64,000 bases of DNA from positions 1,552,001 to 1,616,000 of the forward strand of contig CM075993.1 in the NCBI GenBank assembly GCA_038087875.1, written 5' to 3'. The DNA comes from Malacoraja senta. Taxonomy: Eukaryota. Each line of letters opens with the position of its first letter. The stretch's first letter is position 1. Made by a program: the position numbers and the translations under genes. The notes below the pieces were generated by a model that saw only the letters and a program-made list of their open reading frames with translations, made no database searches and had not been told where the DNA came from. Shown here in pieces: positions 23,191 through 35,165 of the stretch.

Positions 23191-26100
23191 ATACAACTGC
23201 AGTCTTGAAGAAAGGTCACACTCAACCTGAAACATCACCTATCCATGTTCGCCAGAGATGCTGCCTTACTCGCTGAATTACTCCAGCACTTAGTGTCTTG
23301 TTTTGTAAACCAACATCTGCAATTCCATGAAGATAGACACAAAATGCTGGAGTAACTCAGCAGGACAGGCAGCAACTCTGGAGAAGGAATGGGTGACGTT
23401 TCGGGTCGAGACCCTTCCATATTGTTTGTTTCAAACCTTCCAACTGACGTGAATAAATTTCCAACGCATGTTTAAATGCTTCACACTGCACATCGCGGAA
23501 GAAGGGTCCTGACCTGTAATGTTGCCTCTGTATTCGCTGCACAGAGGCTGCCTGACCTGCTGAGTTACTTCAGCACGTTGAGCTTTTCTATTACTGTGGC
23601 AGACTTAAAACTGGAGTTCATCATAAACAGCGATGACAATAGACAATAGATAATAGGTGCAGGAGTAGGCCATTCGGCCCTTCGATCCAGCACTGAAATT
23701 TAATGTGATCATGGCTTTAGATAGGGCTCTTAAAGATAGGGATCTTTAAGAGCCCTATCTAGCTCTCTCTTGAAAGTATCCATTTTGGCAATGAAAATGC
23801 AAACTACCTATATAGTTATAAAGTAGCTGTAATTGAGTACAGGAATAGAAGTGTCAAAAGTATATTCACCAAAAACTGTTTCAGCACTGGATAGCAAAGT
23901 TGGCTAAAAAACTGACAATTTATTACGATTGTTACTTCAATTCACAATCCAGGATTAAGGCACATAATCTCAAACAAAACTCAAATACAGCACAGTTGGT
24001 GTTAACTTCCAAGTGTAAAGTTAAACCAAACTGTCACCTCAGGTAGATACAAAAGAGCCATGACAGTATTCGAGCAAACAGATTCATTCATCACACATCT
24101 TCCTTTGCATGGATATATTCTCAAAACTTGTCTACTGCATCTGTCTTTACTTAAAAGTATGAGGTTTAAGTTTATTATTGTCACGTGTACTGAGGTACAG
24201 TGTAAAACGTTATTTTGCATGCTATCCAGACAGATCAGATATACCAAACTTAGCATTTTCTCGTTATGATAGTCACTGATCATATATTCGAAACCCTTGG
24301 CACACATGCTTCCTGACCTGCTGAATGTTACCATATTCGTTTTGATTCATCTCAATTTCAGGATCACATTGTATCCAAACAGTTTTGCATAACACCAGTC
24401 TGACTATGACTTCAGTTCAAAAAAATATTTTCTCAGATGTAACTGCTCAAAAGCACCCCGACAACACAATTTACATGTACAGGAACATTATTTTACAGGG
24501 AAATAAGATCCATCATGTGCCTCCAGGAAGCAATGGAAAAGACAATGGAAATCTTTCTTTATGAAAAACTGTTTGGTCTTTTTAAAAGTTGTTGTTTAGA
24601 TGCCAGCGGCACTGACCTGTAACTAGTCACAAGTGAACAGTACAAGCAAATACTGCAAATTAGGATACAAAGTGATAGAGTAGCTCAGCCGTTCAGGCAG
24701 CATCTCTGGAGAACATGGATAGATGATGTTGCAAGTCGGGACCTTTTTCAGACTGGTTGTAGGTGGGGTGGGCGAGGCTGGGAGAGAGGGGTGTCAGGAC
24801 AAAGTGTGGCAGGTAATAGGTGAGCACAGGTGAGGGAGGGATTTTGACAGGCAGAATGATTGGAATAAAGGCCAGAAACAGACCCACCTGTTCCTTTTCT
24901 CCGGAGATGCTGTCTGATCTGCTGAGTTGTTCCAGCATTTTGTGTCTATCTTCAGTGTGAGACAAAAGGAGTGAAACGTTGCAAATTATGAAGCCAGAGG
25001 AATGTGGGTGGAGAAGAGAAATAGGCGCGAGTCTAGGTGGGGCACAGGGGAGTAGGAGAAAGAAAGGAGAGGTATGGGGGAGAAAGGAGGGGGGTGGGGT
25101 GGGTGGTTAGAGGTTAGAGGCTAAATTTGAAGAATTATATGTTCATATTGTTGGACTGCATGCTACCCAAGCTACTAAGTACTGTATTCATAAGTACATA
25201 ACAGGTACATTTCACGGCAAGTCGTAAAAAATGTATTTTGTTTCCTGTGGTTAAAATGCTTTCTCAGGAAAACCTAAAATTCACAGCATTGGTACACGGA
25301 TTTTCAACCTCCAATTCTAAACTTCAGCTACATGCAGCCTATGTATATTTAAAACTGAACTTATTTGATAAGCTTGGATGGACAAAATATGCTGGGGAAA
25401 CTCAGTGGGCGAGGCAGCATCTCTGGAGAGAAGGAATGGGTGACGTTTCAGGTCGAGACCTTTCTTCAGACCGAGTCAGGGGAGAGGGACACTAGAGATT
25501 TGGAAGGGCAAGGTGTGAAAAGGAGAAGTCAAAGGGAATGTAGTTCAAAGACAATGTGGAATGGATCATTGTTAGCTGACCGGAAGGTGTCAACTAGCCT
25601 TACAATCAGTAAAATTTAATCACGATAGTGAAACTAATCGGATAACAAGGATTCAAGAGAGTTTATTCTCATGTGTCCCAGATAGGACAATGGAATTCTA
25701 GCTTTGCTTCAGCACAACAGAATATAGTAGGTGTGAATACAGAACAGATCAGTGTGTCCATATACCATTAAATAAATATATACACACATGAATAAATAAA
25801 CAGATAAAGTGCAAATAAACAGTTAATGGTTTACTAATGTTCAGAGTTTTGTTTGAGTTGTGTTTAATAGCCTGATGGCTGTGGGGAAGCAGATATTTCT
25901 GAACCTGGACGTTGCAGTCTTCATGGGAGAGGGATGGAGAGAGAGGGGAAGCATGTTAGAGAAGTCAATATCCATATCGCTGGGGTGTTAGCTGCCCAAG
26001 CGAAATATGTATTGACGTGTCTCTGAAGGGGTGTTTATATTTAAGCGGTAGCACGAATGGCAGGAGTGGCTCAGCAGAGAAATGCGGTGCAAGAGCCGGG

Positions 26101-26919
26101 AAAACCAACGCATCCAATAACTGTGTTCACTCACTTCTAATAAGTGCCGCCTGAAGCCAGCACTTTCAACAATAGTAAACGCTCCAGCGTTATATATGAC
26201 ATTTAATAAGAGTTAAAATCTGATCATTACAAATGCATTAAAACATTGTATTGTGTATATTTAAAAAAATTCTGAGTAAAGTTTCTTTTTGAAGTAAACT
26301 AGCCCAGCAATTTCTACTTTTAGTTATCCAGGGTTTTGTTTGCATTTGCACGCAGTAACTGCCACGTTTAATATTATGCAGAAACATGACAATAAACTAA
26401 ACTGAACTGAAGCACTGCCAAAAACACCTCACAATGCAGAACCAGTTGGACTACTTCAGTGAAAAACTAATGAGAGCCAGACATCAGAGATCTATCAGAA
26501 CGGGTTTTTTTTGTTTGGGGGTGGGGAGTCGGGGAGAAAAAGATCGGCGAGAGAAACCATACGAGGTTAAAAGGGGGCAGTGGGAATGAGGATGGTGTTC
26601 GACTCAGTTCTTCCAACAGACCGCTTATTTTTCCAGATCCCAGCATTCGTAGTCTCTTGTATCTCTAGCCCTTTGGGGCACATCAAAACAGGAGAGGCAA
26701 GGAATGAAGAGACAGGCTGTGGGAGTGTTTAGAGACCTTTAAATAAGAGATTAGAGAAAGGCAAAGAATTGGGGAAGAGTGAATAAAAGAACTAGTCTGA
26801 AGAAGGGTCATCCATTCCTTCTCGCCAGAGATGCTGCCTGTCCCGCTGAGTTACTCCAGCATTTTGTGTCTATCTTCGTGAATAAAATAATACTCCTTAT
26901 AGAGAGAATGAGAATGAAT

Positions 26920-27685
26920 ACAATATAATTCTGCAGACTTTCAATCCTATAACAGCAGTCAGTGGCTCCAAAGAAACAACATTCTGCAAAGATCTACACG
27001 AACAATGAAACAATCAAGAATAGACTTGCAATCCAATAACAACAATCAGAGAATTAAGTATAATAGGTTTCTACAAAAACCTACAATCCTGTAACAGTAA
27101 TGAAACAACCAAGTATAATAATATTCTATAAAAGCAATCAGGGAATTAAGGGTAATTATATTCTACAAAGACCTACAATAGCAATGAAAGAATAGAGTAT
27201 AATAATATTCCATAACAATGATTAATGGTAACAGTAATCAAGAGAATTAAGGGTGATAATATTCTATAAAGTCCTACAATGCTACAACAGGAATGAAACA
27301 ATCAAGTATGATAATATTCTATAACAGTAATCGAAGAATTAAGGGGAATAATATTGTACAAAGAACTACAATTCTGTAACAATAAAGTATAATATTCCAT
27401 AACAGTAACCAGAGAATCAAGTGGAGTACAATTCTGCAAAGACTTGTAGTCTTCTAACAGCAACGAGAGAATTAATGGTAATAAAATTCTGCAAAGACTT
27501 GCAGTGATGCAAGAGCAACGAGAGAATCGACGGTAATACAATTCTGCAAAGCCTTGCAGTGATACAAGAGCAACGAGAGAATCGACGGTAATACAATTCT
27601 GCAAAGCCTTGCAGTGATACAAGAGCAACGAGAGAATCGACGGTAATACAATTCTGCAAAGCCTTGCAGTGATACAAGAGCAATG
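26920..27685. repeat. 55-bp minisatellite, near-perfect at 27491-27685 and degenerate leftwards
   Basis: GCAAAGCCTTGCAGTGATACAAGAGCAACGAGAGAATCGACGGTAATACAATTCT recurs at 27546, 27601 and 27656. Confidence 0.88.
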
Positions 27686-27709
27686 CAATGGGATGGGGCA
27701 GTTAGTTTT

Positions 27710-28150
27710 GCTGGAGCGCCTGTGGTAAGGGGAGAGTGAGGAGAGAGGCGCAGTGCCGGCGGATGCAAGTTAAACTTCTGGCAAGAGTTGGAGCCCAAGT
27801 TGCAGGCGGCCGGCGACGGTTCGGGGTTCGGGAATTCGCGGGACTCACCTCAACTCGCTGCTCCCGGGACACATCCTCCTTCCCTCCACCACGGGTTGGT
27901 GAGTGGTAAATGGTGAACGGTGGACGAACAACGAACGCCGACCGCCGAGCTCGCAGCGCGCCTTGGGTTTTTTTGTGAATGGCAAAGCGGTGATGGCGCG
28001 AAGGGCCGGGCCGCGCCTGAGCGCCGCGCGCGGTCACGTGCTGAGGTGACGGTTGGCGAGAGGTGGTGCGCGCGGGGGGGGGGGGGGGGGGGAGGGGGAG
28101 GGGGCGGGGCACGGCACCTCTATATAAACCGCCAACCGCCGATGGAAGTC
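27710..28150. promoter_or_regulatory. CpG-island promoter with E-box (GTCACGTG 28033-28040), G-tract/GC box (28074-28109) and TATATAAA (28121-28128)
   Basis: Sharp local rise in GC and CpG content; motifs read directly. Confidence 0.7.
27849..28000 (-). other. C15orf39: Probable non-coding exon 1 of C15orf39 (5' boundary approximate)
   Basis: Lies in a CpG island and ends at a consensus minus-strand donor GAG|GTGAGT (GT at 27848-27847), upstream of and co-oriented with the coding exon. Confidence 0.65.
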
Positions 28151-28710
28151 TCCAGAGAGAAGGAACTGGCGACGTTTACGGCTCGAGGGTAAGGTGTGAA
28201 AACGGCAGATCAAAGCTGACAATGGCCAAAGGCACTGTAGTGTCCGTTATCTATGCACACACACAAACAAAAAAAGAAGCTGGAGTAACTCAGACCTGTC
28301 AGACGGCATCTCTGGAGAAAAGGAACCCGTTCTCACTTGAGCAAAACAACTCACAATGGTCTGTGTAGGAAGGAACTGCAGATGCTGGTTTACACTGAGG
28401 GTAGACACTAAGTGCTGGAGGAACTCAGTGGGACAGGCAGCATCTCTGGAGAGAAGGAATGGGTGATGTTTTGTGTTGAGACCTTCAGATTTCTTCTGAA
28501 AAAGGGTCTTGACCAAATATCCTTGCCAATATCTTTTCTCCATAGATGCTGCCTCACCTGCTGAATTTCTCCAGCATTTTTTGTCTACTTTCTGTCCTTT
28601 TTCATTGTTACCTATTTGCATATCTTTCATTCATTTGTTCTTGATTAGTGCGGGTGCCAAAGAGGTTATGGTGAGAAAGCAGGAGAATGGGGTTAGGAGG
28701 GAGAGATAGA

Positions 28711-29623
28711 TTTAATACATTTTTATTTGCCAAGTATGTATACATACAAGGAATTTGCCTTGGTGCTTTGCTCGCAAGTAACAATATGATATACAGTAGA
28801 CAATTAAAAATAAAACATTATTTAAACATGTGAAGAATGAAATAAAATACCAGAGCAAAATGAGGCTACAGACTTATGGCTGTTGAGGAGAGCTCAATAC
28901 ATGAAACACATGTTTGGTGGCTGAGCCAAACCAGACCATGATGGAGAAGGTGAGGACAGACTCTATGATGGCAGTATAAAACTGGACCATCATTGCCTGT
29001 GGCAGATTGTGTTTCCTCAACTGCTGCAGGAAGTAAATCCTCTGTTGGGCCTTTTTGACTGGAGTCGATGGTGGCCTCCCATTTAATGTCCCTGGAGATG
29101 ATGGTTACAAGGAACTTAAATGATTCCACAGATGTGACTGTGGTGTTGTTGATGGTAAGAGGGGAGGGGGAGCTCTCCTAAAATCTACAATCAATTCCAC
29201 TCTCTTAAGAGCATTGAGCTCCAGGTTGTTGCGATGGCACCAGGACGCCAGCTGTGTCACTTTGCCAGCTAAAATCCACAAACAAAATCCTTGAATAGGT
29301 CCCCTGGGGGTCTTGGTGCTGGAGGATGAAGTGCAGGCCTTGGTTGACTGCGTCATCCACTGATCTATTGGCCCAGTATGCAAACTGCAGGGGGTTTGTG
29401 ATATTTTTCAGGTGGGCCAGTACAAGTCTTTCAAGGGTCTTCATGATTACAGAGGTCAGTGCGATAGGCCTGTAGTCATTAAGACCAGTAACCCTTGGCT
29501 TTTTGGGTACGGGGACAATAGTGGAGACTTTGAAGCAGGCAGGGACCGATTGAAAATGTCTGTGTAGACTGGTGCCAGTTGTTTGGCACAGAGCTTGAGG
29601 GTAGAGGGGGAAACACTGTCCGG
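28711..29623 (-). mobile_element. Rex1/Babar LINE, RT and 3' part
   Basis: [16 protein letters not shown]...[21 protein letters not shown]...[12 protein letters not shown]...[18 protein letters not shown]; FLxxIISRDIKW. Confidence 0.85.
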
Positions 29624-31317
29624 TGTAGGGGTTTAGTTCCCTTTGCTCCACTTCGGGCCCAACTGCCCGAGTGATTCTCTCCCTTGTTGATGGGTCAAAC
29701 GGCCACCACTCCACTCGAGTGGTTCCCAAGAGAGAGAATACAAAAAAAAGGGAGAGTGGGCGTTTCGCGGCACCCGGATTCTCCTGGGTTCTAGACCTCG
29801 GAATTATGGTGGGATATGATAAAAGGTTGACTTGACGAGAGCGTGCTGATGAGAGAAAACAGAAACCAAGACGGACTCAAAGCGAGTCTAAAATTTACAG
29901 GCTTTATTAAATAAATGAAAAATCAAATCTTACCAATACTACATAATACGTGACTAAACATGCTTTAAACTAAGACTATGGAAAGAAAATTATCGGGCAT
30001 GTCGTAAAAACTTACTTTACACAATTTTAATTACAAATACACTACTTTTCCCCTTCTCTCAACCTCTATCCTATTTTGGGAACTTCACCAGGTCGTCTGG
30101 GGTACTTACAGCTAGATCGATGCAGGGTCAGGAGCCGTCCAACAGGGCAAAAAGAAGGCAGCCTTTGCTTGCCTGCTCCTTTTTATACCCGAGAGTTTCT
30201 TCCTTGAAAACTCCCAGGTGATCCTCTGGACAAAAGGGTCTTTCGATGACTGCCAATTTTGATCTGGCATGAACAATAGGCTTCCGATGCAACACTTGTC
30301 CCTTCACCTCCCCCCTCGACTCCATTCAAGGACCCAAGCAGTCGTTCCAGGTGCGACAGAGGTTCACCTGCATCTCCTCCAACCTCATCTATTGCATCCG
30401 CTGCTCTAGATGCCAGCTGATCTACATCGGTGAGACCAAGCGGAGGCTTGGCGATCGTTTCGCCGAACACCTCCGGTCGGTCCGCAATAACCAACTTGAC
30501 CTCCCGGTGGCTCAGCACTTCAACTCCCCCTCCCATTCCGTATCTGACCTCTCTGTCCTGGGTCTCCTTCATGGCCACAGCGAGCAACACCGTAAATTGG
30601 AGGAAATGCCCCTCATGTTCCGCTTGGGCAGTCTACATCCTGGGGGCTTGAACATTGAATTCTCCCAATTCTGCTAGCCCTTGCTGTCCCCTCCCCTTCA
30701 TCAGCCCTCTGGTTGTCTCCTCCCCTCCCCCAGCCCTCGGGCTCCTCCTCTGCCTTTTTCCTTTTTTCCTTTCTTCTCCCCACCCCCTATCAGTCTGAAG
30801 AAGGGTTTCGGCCCGAAACGTTGCCTATTTCCTTCGCTCCATAGATGCTGCTGCACCCACTGAGTTTCTCCAGCATTTTTGTGTACCTTCGATTTTCCAG
30901 CATCTGCAGTTCCTTCTTTAACACAGGCTTCCGATGATAAAGGGTTTGCTGATTTCACAATGCATCGGCCTAATCGTTATCCCATTACCTGGATGGGCTC
31001 CCATTGTCCCGATGGATGGGCCATTTACGAAGGTGATTGTCTTGCTGCTGGGCTATTTACCCCCGTCTGCTGGGCTCGGTTCCTTCCTTTGTCTTTCCAA
31101 GATAATCTCGTTATCTCTGTCCCGGCCTTTCCTGTTCTCACCACTCGCATAGTCATGTGGCTGCCCAGGCCCACAGACAGGCTTTGAACTTGTTCTTCCT
31201 TTGTGATCCCTTGGTTTTTTTTTTCCTTTTGCAGCCAGCATGTCCGTTTAAAAAATGTCCAGGTCCTTATCCCCGAGTTCTTCCATAATTTTGGAGGATT
31301 TTCCCCAATAGCTTACA
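29624..31317 (-). mobile_element. Solo LTR (~1047 bp after removing the nested Penelope), retroviral-like
   Basis: TGTA...TACA termini. On the minus strand: TATAAAAA at 30187-30180, donor GTAAGTA at 30109, AATAAA at 29908-29903 followed by a GU-rich tract. It interrupts a Rex1 element. Confidence 0.7.
30290..30924 (+). mobile_element. 5'-truncated Penelope-like element (GIY-YIG) with 12-bp TSD
   Basis: NLIYCIRCSRCQLIYIGETKRRLGDRFAEH. AGGCTTCCGATG occurs at both 30278-30289 and 30925-30936. Confidence 0.9.
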
Positions 31318-31615
31318 ACTGGTGCCAGTTGTTTGGCACAGAGCTTGAGGGTAGAGGGGGAAACACTGTCTGGTCCTGGAGATTTGTGGCTTTTCTGTCT
31401 TCGGAATAGCTTTTCCACCTCTTCAATTGCTATTGTTGGTGATGGAGAAGTGTCCCGACTGATCTTGGGCAGCAAGGAGGGGGTGGATCGTGGACAAGGA
31501 CCCAGTCTTTGCAGACTGGAGTCAGGCGGTAAGTGGGTGTGAAGTGGTGATTGGGGAGGAGTGGGTGGGGATGGGTCCAGTCTTTGCAGACTGGAGTCAG
31601 GCTATGAGTAGGTGT
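31318..31615 (-). mobile_element. Rex1/Babar LINE continuation
   Basis: [36 protein letters not shown]. Confidence 0.8.
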
Positions 31616-31944
31616 TGTCTGGTTACCAAAACTCAGAGTTGGATAAGATGACACGGACACGGAGAATTCTTCGAGAAGTCGAAAAGCCTTTATTTGCAAA
31701 CAACGGCTGGAACTCAGGAAGACAACCGCCTGACTGCTCATCTACTGCCGCGGCCAGCTCCTTTTTATTACAGGTTTTCAGTCATATCTCTTCTACCTTA
31801 TCTTGCATACACATACTCCTCTTGTACCCATCCATCTTCTATACTGACACTCTCTGCCCTGCCACCATTAATTTCATTGTTGGTTCAGTCTTATCTTAAT
31901 TCTTATATCTCTTCCCATATCTCTTCTTCTTTCGCTACCCTTGG

Positions 31945-32450
31945 ACCAATTCTTGCTATTGAGGGAGTGCAGCGTAGGTTTACAAGGTTAATTCCCGGGA
32001 TGGCGGGACTGTCATATGCTGAGAGAATGGAGCAGCTGGGCTTGTACACTCTGGAGTTTAGAAGGATGAGAGGGCATCTCATTGAAACATATAAGATTGT
32101 TAAGGGCTTGGACACGCTAGAGGCAGGAAACATGTTCCCGATGTTGGGGGAGTCCAGAACCAGGGGCCACAGTTTAAGAATAAGGAGTAAGCCATTTAGA
32201 ACGGAGACGAGGAAATATTTTTTCTCACAGAGAGTGGTGAGTCTGTGGAATTCTCTGCCTCAGAGGGTGGTGGAGGCAGGTTCTCTGGATGCTTTCAAGA
32301 GAGAGCTAGATAGGGCTCTTAAAAATAGCGGAGTCGGGGGATATGGGGAGAAGGCAGGAACGGTGTACTGATTGGGGATGATCAGCCATGATCACATTGA
32401 ATGGCGGTGCTGGCTCGAAGGGCCGAATGGCCTACTCCTGCACCTATTGT
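31945..32450 (+). mobile_element. CR1 LINE 3' fragment
   Basis: [18 protein letters not shown]...FKRELDRAL in ORF 31694-32371, followed by the CR1 3' UTR. Confidence 0.88.
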
Positions 32451-32473
32451 CTTATTTACTGTCTTGGTCTGTT

Positions 32474-32509
32474 CCAAAGATATTAGAGGAGCTCCTCTAA
32501 TATCTTTGG
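32474..32509. repeat. Perfect 36-bp palindrome
   Basis: CCAAAGATATTAGAGGAGCTCCTCTAATATCTTTGG. Confidence 0.9.
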
Positions 32510-32884
32510 TGTGTTCTAATTCAACTATCACCTTCTATTTCGCCACCCTTATCTCCCAGCTGTCACTCTAACTCATCTATCACCGTCTATTTCACTACCC
32601 TTATCTCCCAGCTACAACTCGTGACAACCACATGGTTACAATGGTTACATGCCAGTTTATAGATTGAATTACTAAGAATACAAAGATACAAATGAATTAC
32701 TAAGAATACAAAGATACAAAAGTAGAAATAAGTAACTTGTTTACTGAATAAATGATTTAATTAAATGACTAATAATAACATGAGTGTGCTGCTAAACAAC
32801 TAACAATCACGTGAGTATTAAGTAAAATAGCTGACGTCTGATCAAGTAAAATAGCTGACGTCTGCTGCTATGTGTGTACTTCCA

Positions 32885-33420
32885 TAGTGTGAAGTGGTGA
32901 TTGGGGAGGAGTGGATGGAGAATGGTCCAGTCTTTGCAGACTGGAGTCAGGCTGTAAGTAGGTGTAAAGTGGTGATTGAGGAAGAGTAGATGGGGGAGGG
33001 AGGGAAGAGGTACTGGGGTTATGTTTCTGTCTATCGAACCTGCAGAACTCGTTCAGGTCGTTGGTCAGCTGACAATTGTCCAAGGAGTGTTTTTTCCTCT
33101 TGTAGCTGGTGATTTCTTGCAAGCCCTTCCACACTGAAGAGGAGTCATTAGCTGAGACCTTGCTCCTCAACTTCTCAGAGTACCTTTCCTTGGCAGCTCT
33201 GATTCCTCTTCTCAGCTTGTACTTGGCCTGCCTGTAGAGGTCTGCAGCCCCGCTCCTGTAGGCCTCATCTTGTCTGGTGGAGTTGTCTGAGTTCTGCTGT
33301 AAACCAAGGCATGTCATTGTTGAACCTGATCCGGGTCCTAGTGGGAATGCAATTGTCCTCACAAAAGCTGACATATGATGTCACGGTGTCTGTATATTCA
33401 TCAAGGCTTGTGGTTGATGA
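32885..33420 (-). mobile_element. Rex1/Babar LINE upstream fragment
   Basis: EAYRSG..DLYRQAKYKLRRGIRAAK..YSEKL...DSSSVWKGLQEITSYK...LNEFCRFD. Confidence 0.82.
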
Positions 33421-34904
33421 ATATAATATAGATAAATATCATCAGCCATGATTGAATGGCGGAGTAGACTTGATGGGCCGAATGGCCTAATTCTACCCAT
33501 ATCCCTTAAGACCTTGTATCTCACTACATCACCATCTATATCTCTTGTTTCCCATTCCCCTGACTCTCAGTCTGAAGAAGGGTATTAAGATTGAAGCTGG
33601 TTTCATGATTGCTGCCTCACCCACTGAGTTTCTCCAGCATTTTTGTCTACCTTCACGATTGCTGGCTGTTTCATGTATTTAATACCTTAACACAGTCACT
33701 GAAGATCACAATGACAGAAAGTACAAGTTGCATCTCATTGTCCTAACAGGCAATGAAATCCCACTTGAAATATCACTATAGTCAGTGAAGAATTTAAAAA
33801 AAAATCAATGTAATAAAACTAAAGTAATGCTTAACTAAATCTGACTGTATGAAGAAGGGTCCCGATCCAGAATGTCACCTATTCATGTTCTGCAGAGATG
33901 CTGTCTGACCTACGGAGTTACACCTGCACTTGGTGTTCTGTTGTGTAAATCAGCATCTGCAGTTCCTTGTTTCTACATAACTAAATATAATTGTTAAATG
34001 TTTGCTTTGAAGCAGGATTTGGTGAGCTCGTAGCAATTGTACATAATAGCCCACTGTTGTAATGCGTTTCTCTTTCACAACGCATCTATCTTCGGTTTAA
34101 ACCAGCATCTGCAGTTCCTTCCTACACAAGTTGGAGTGGACCTTGTCCCCTGCTATGTAGCTTTTCATATTATGTTCTCAATGTGCTTATGTCCTTGCAG
34201 ATAGTGTGTGACCTTTCAGATTCAGATAACAATTACTGACTTGTAATAGTGTGCTATTGTATCTGTCTGGTTATATGCCAAACTTTGGTTTAAAATGGTT
34301 ATCTCATGAAGGTGACCGCTGTATGTATTGATAGCCGCACCAAATAGAAATGCAGAAGCCAGCACTTCAAACTTATGATCTTGTTGAAAAGGTTCAAAGA
34401 GCTGTGGTGGTTGGTGGTTGATTTTAGACTTTGAGCATTTTTTTAAATCTTCACTAACTTGTTTGCTAAGCAGAACACAGCCAAAATGTAGGTAAACATC
34501 AAAACAATTTTTTCTCTAAACATTCTTGGGAATCCCATTCAAATATTAACATACTTCTGGGGAACATTGTGTTTATTTGAATTATATCAGCTATGTACCA
34601 AAACCACTATTGAGTCTATGATTAGGATGAAGCAATAATGGTACATAAAGAACATAATTACAGAAGAACCATGTCAACGTTCTTAACCGACCATTGGGAA
34701 TCTAATGAGTAGGAAGAAACTGCAGATGCTGGTTTACACTAAAGATATTCACACAATGGTGGAGTAACTCAGCGGGACAGGCAGCATCTCTGGAGAGAAG
34801 GAATGGGTCACATTTCTGGCCGAGACCCTTCCTCCGCCTGGTTAGGGGAAAGGAAAACTCATTTTGTGTCTATCATTGGGAATCTAATATTGATGTTTGA
34901 ATGC

Positions 34905-35165
34905 CCTTGAGTGAAATAAATGATGCCGTAACAACAAGCTCTCACTTAACATCAACAAGACTAAAGAACTGATCGTTAACTTCACAAGGAGAAATCGGGA
35001 GGTAATGTAACAGTTTTTATTGGTGGGTCGGTGGTGGAGAAAGTTAGTAGCTTCTAATTCCTGGTTGTTAATATCTTGGATGATGGGCCCAGTACACAGA
35101 TGCAATCATGAAGAAGGCATGCAAGCTCCTCTACATAGAAGTTTAAGGAGATTCGGTACCATGGG
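34905..35165 (+). mobile_element. Degenerate Rex1/Babar fragment
   Basis: NNKLSLNINKTKELIVNF-type sequence. Confidence 0.6.

Larger units (their letters stand above)
31616..32630 (-). mobile_element. Second LTR-like insertion, itself interrupted by CR1 and a 36-bp palindrome
   Basis: Minus strand begins TGTCACGA (32626), has U3-like direct repeats (CTATTTC.C.ACCCTTATCTCCCAGCT twice) and AATAAA near 31690. Boundaries uncertain. Confidence 0.45.

Noticed and set aside
23718..23761. 20-bp inverted repeat as a terminator or structured RNA
   Set aside because: Local inversion of CR1-derived sequence inside a repeat fragment.
27302..27798. Repetitive ORFs or a CRISPR-like array
   Set aside because: Head-to-tail 55-bp minisatellite with no unique spacers; the ORFs are by-products of the repeat.
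27702..28368. Pro/Gly/Arg-rich ORFs
   Set aside because: Stop-poor frames caused by the GC-rich promoter and G tract; no recognisable domain.
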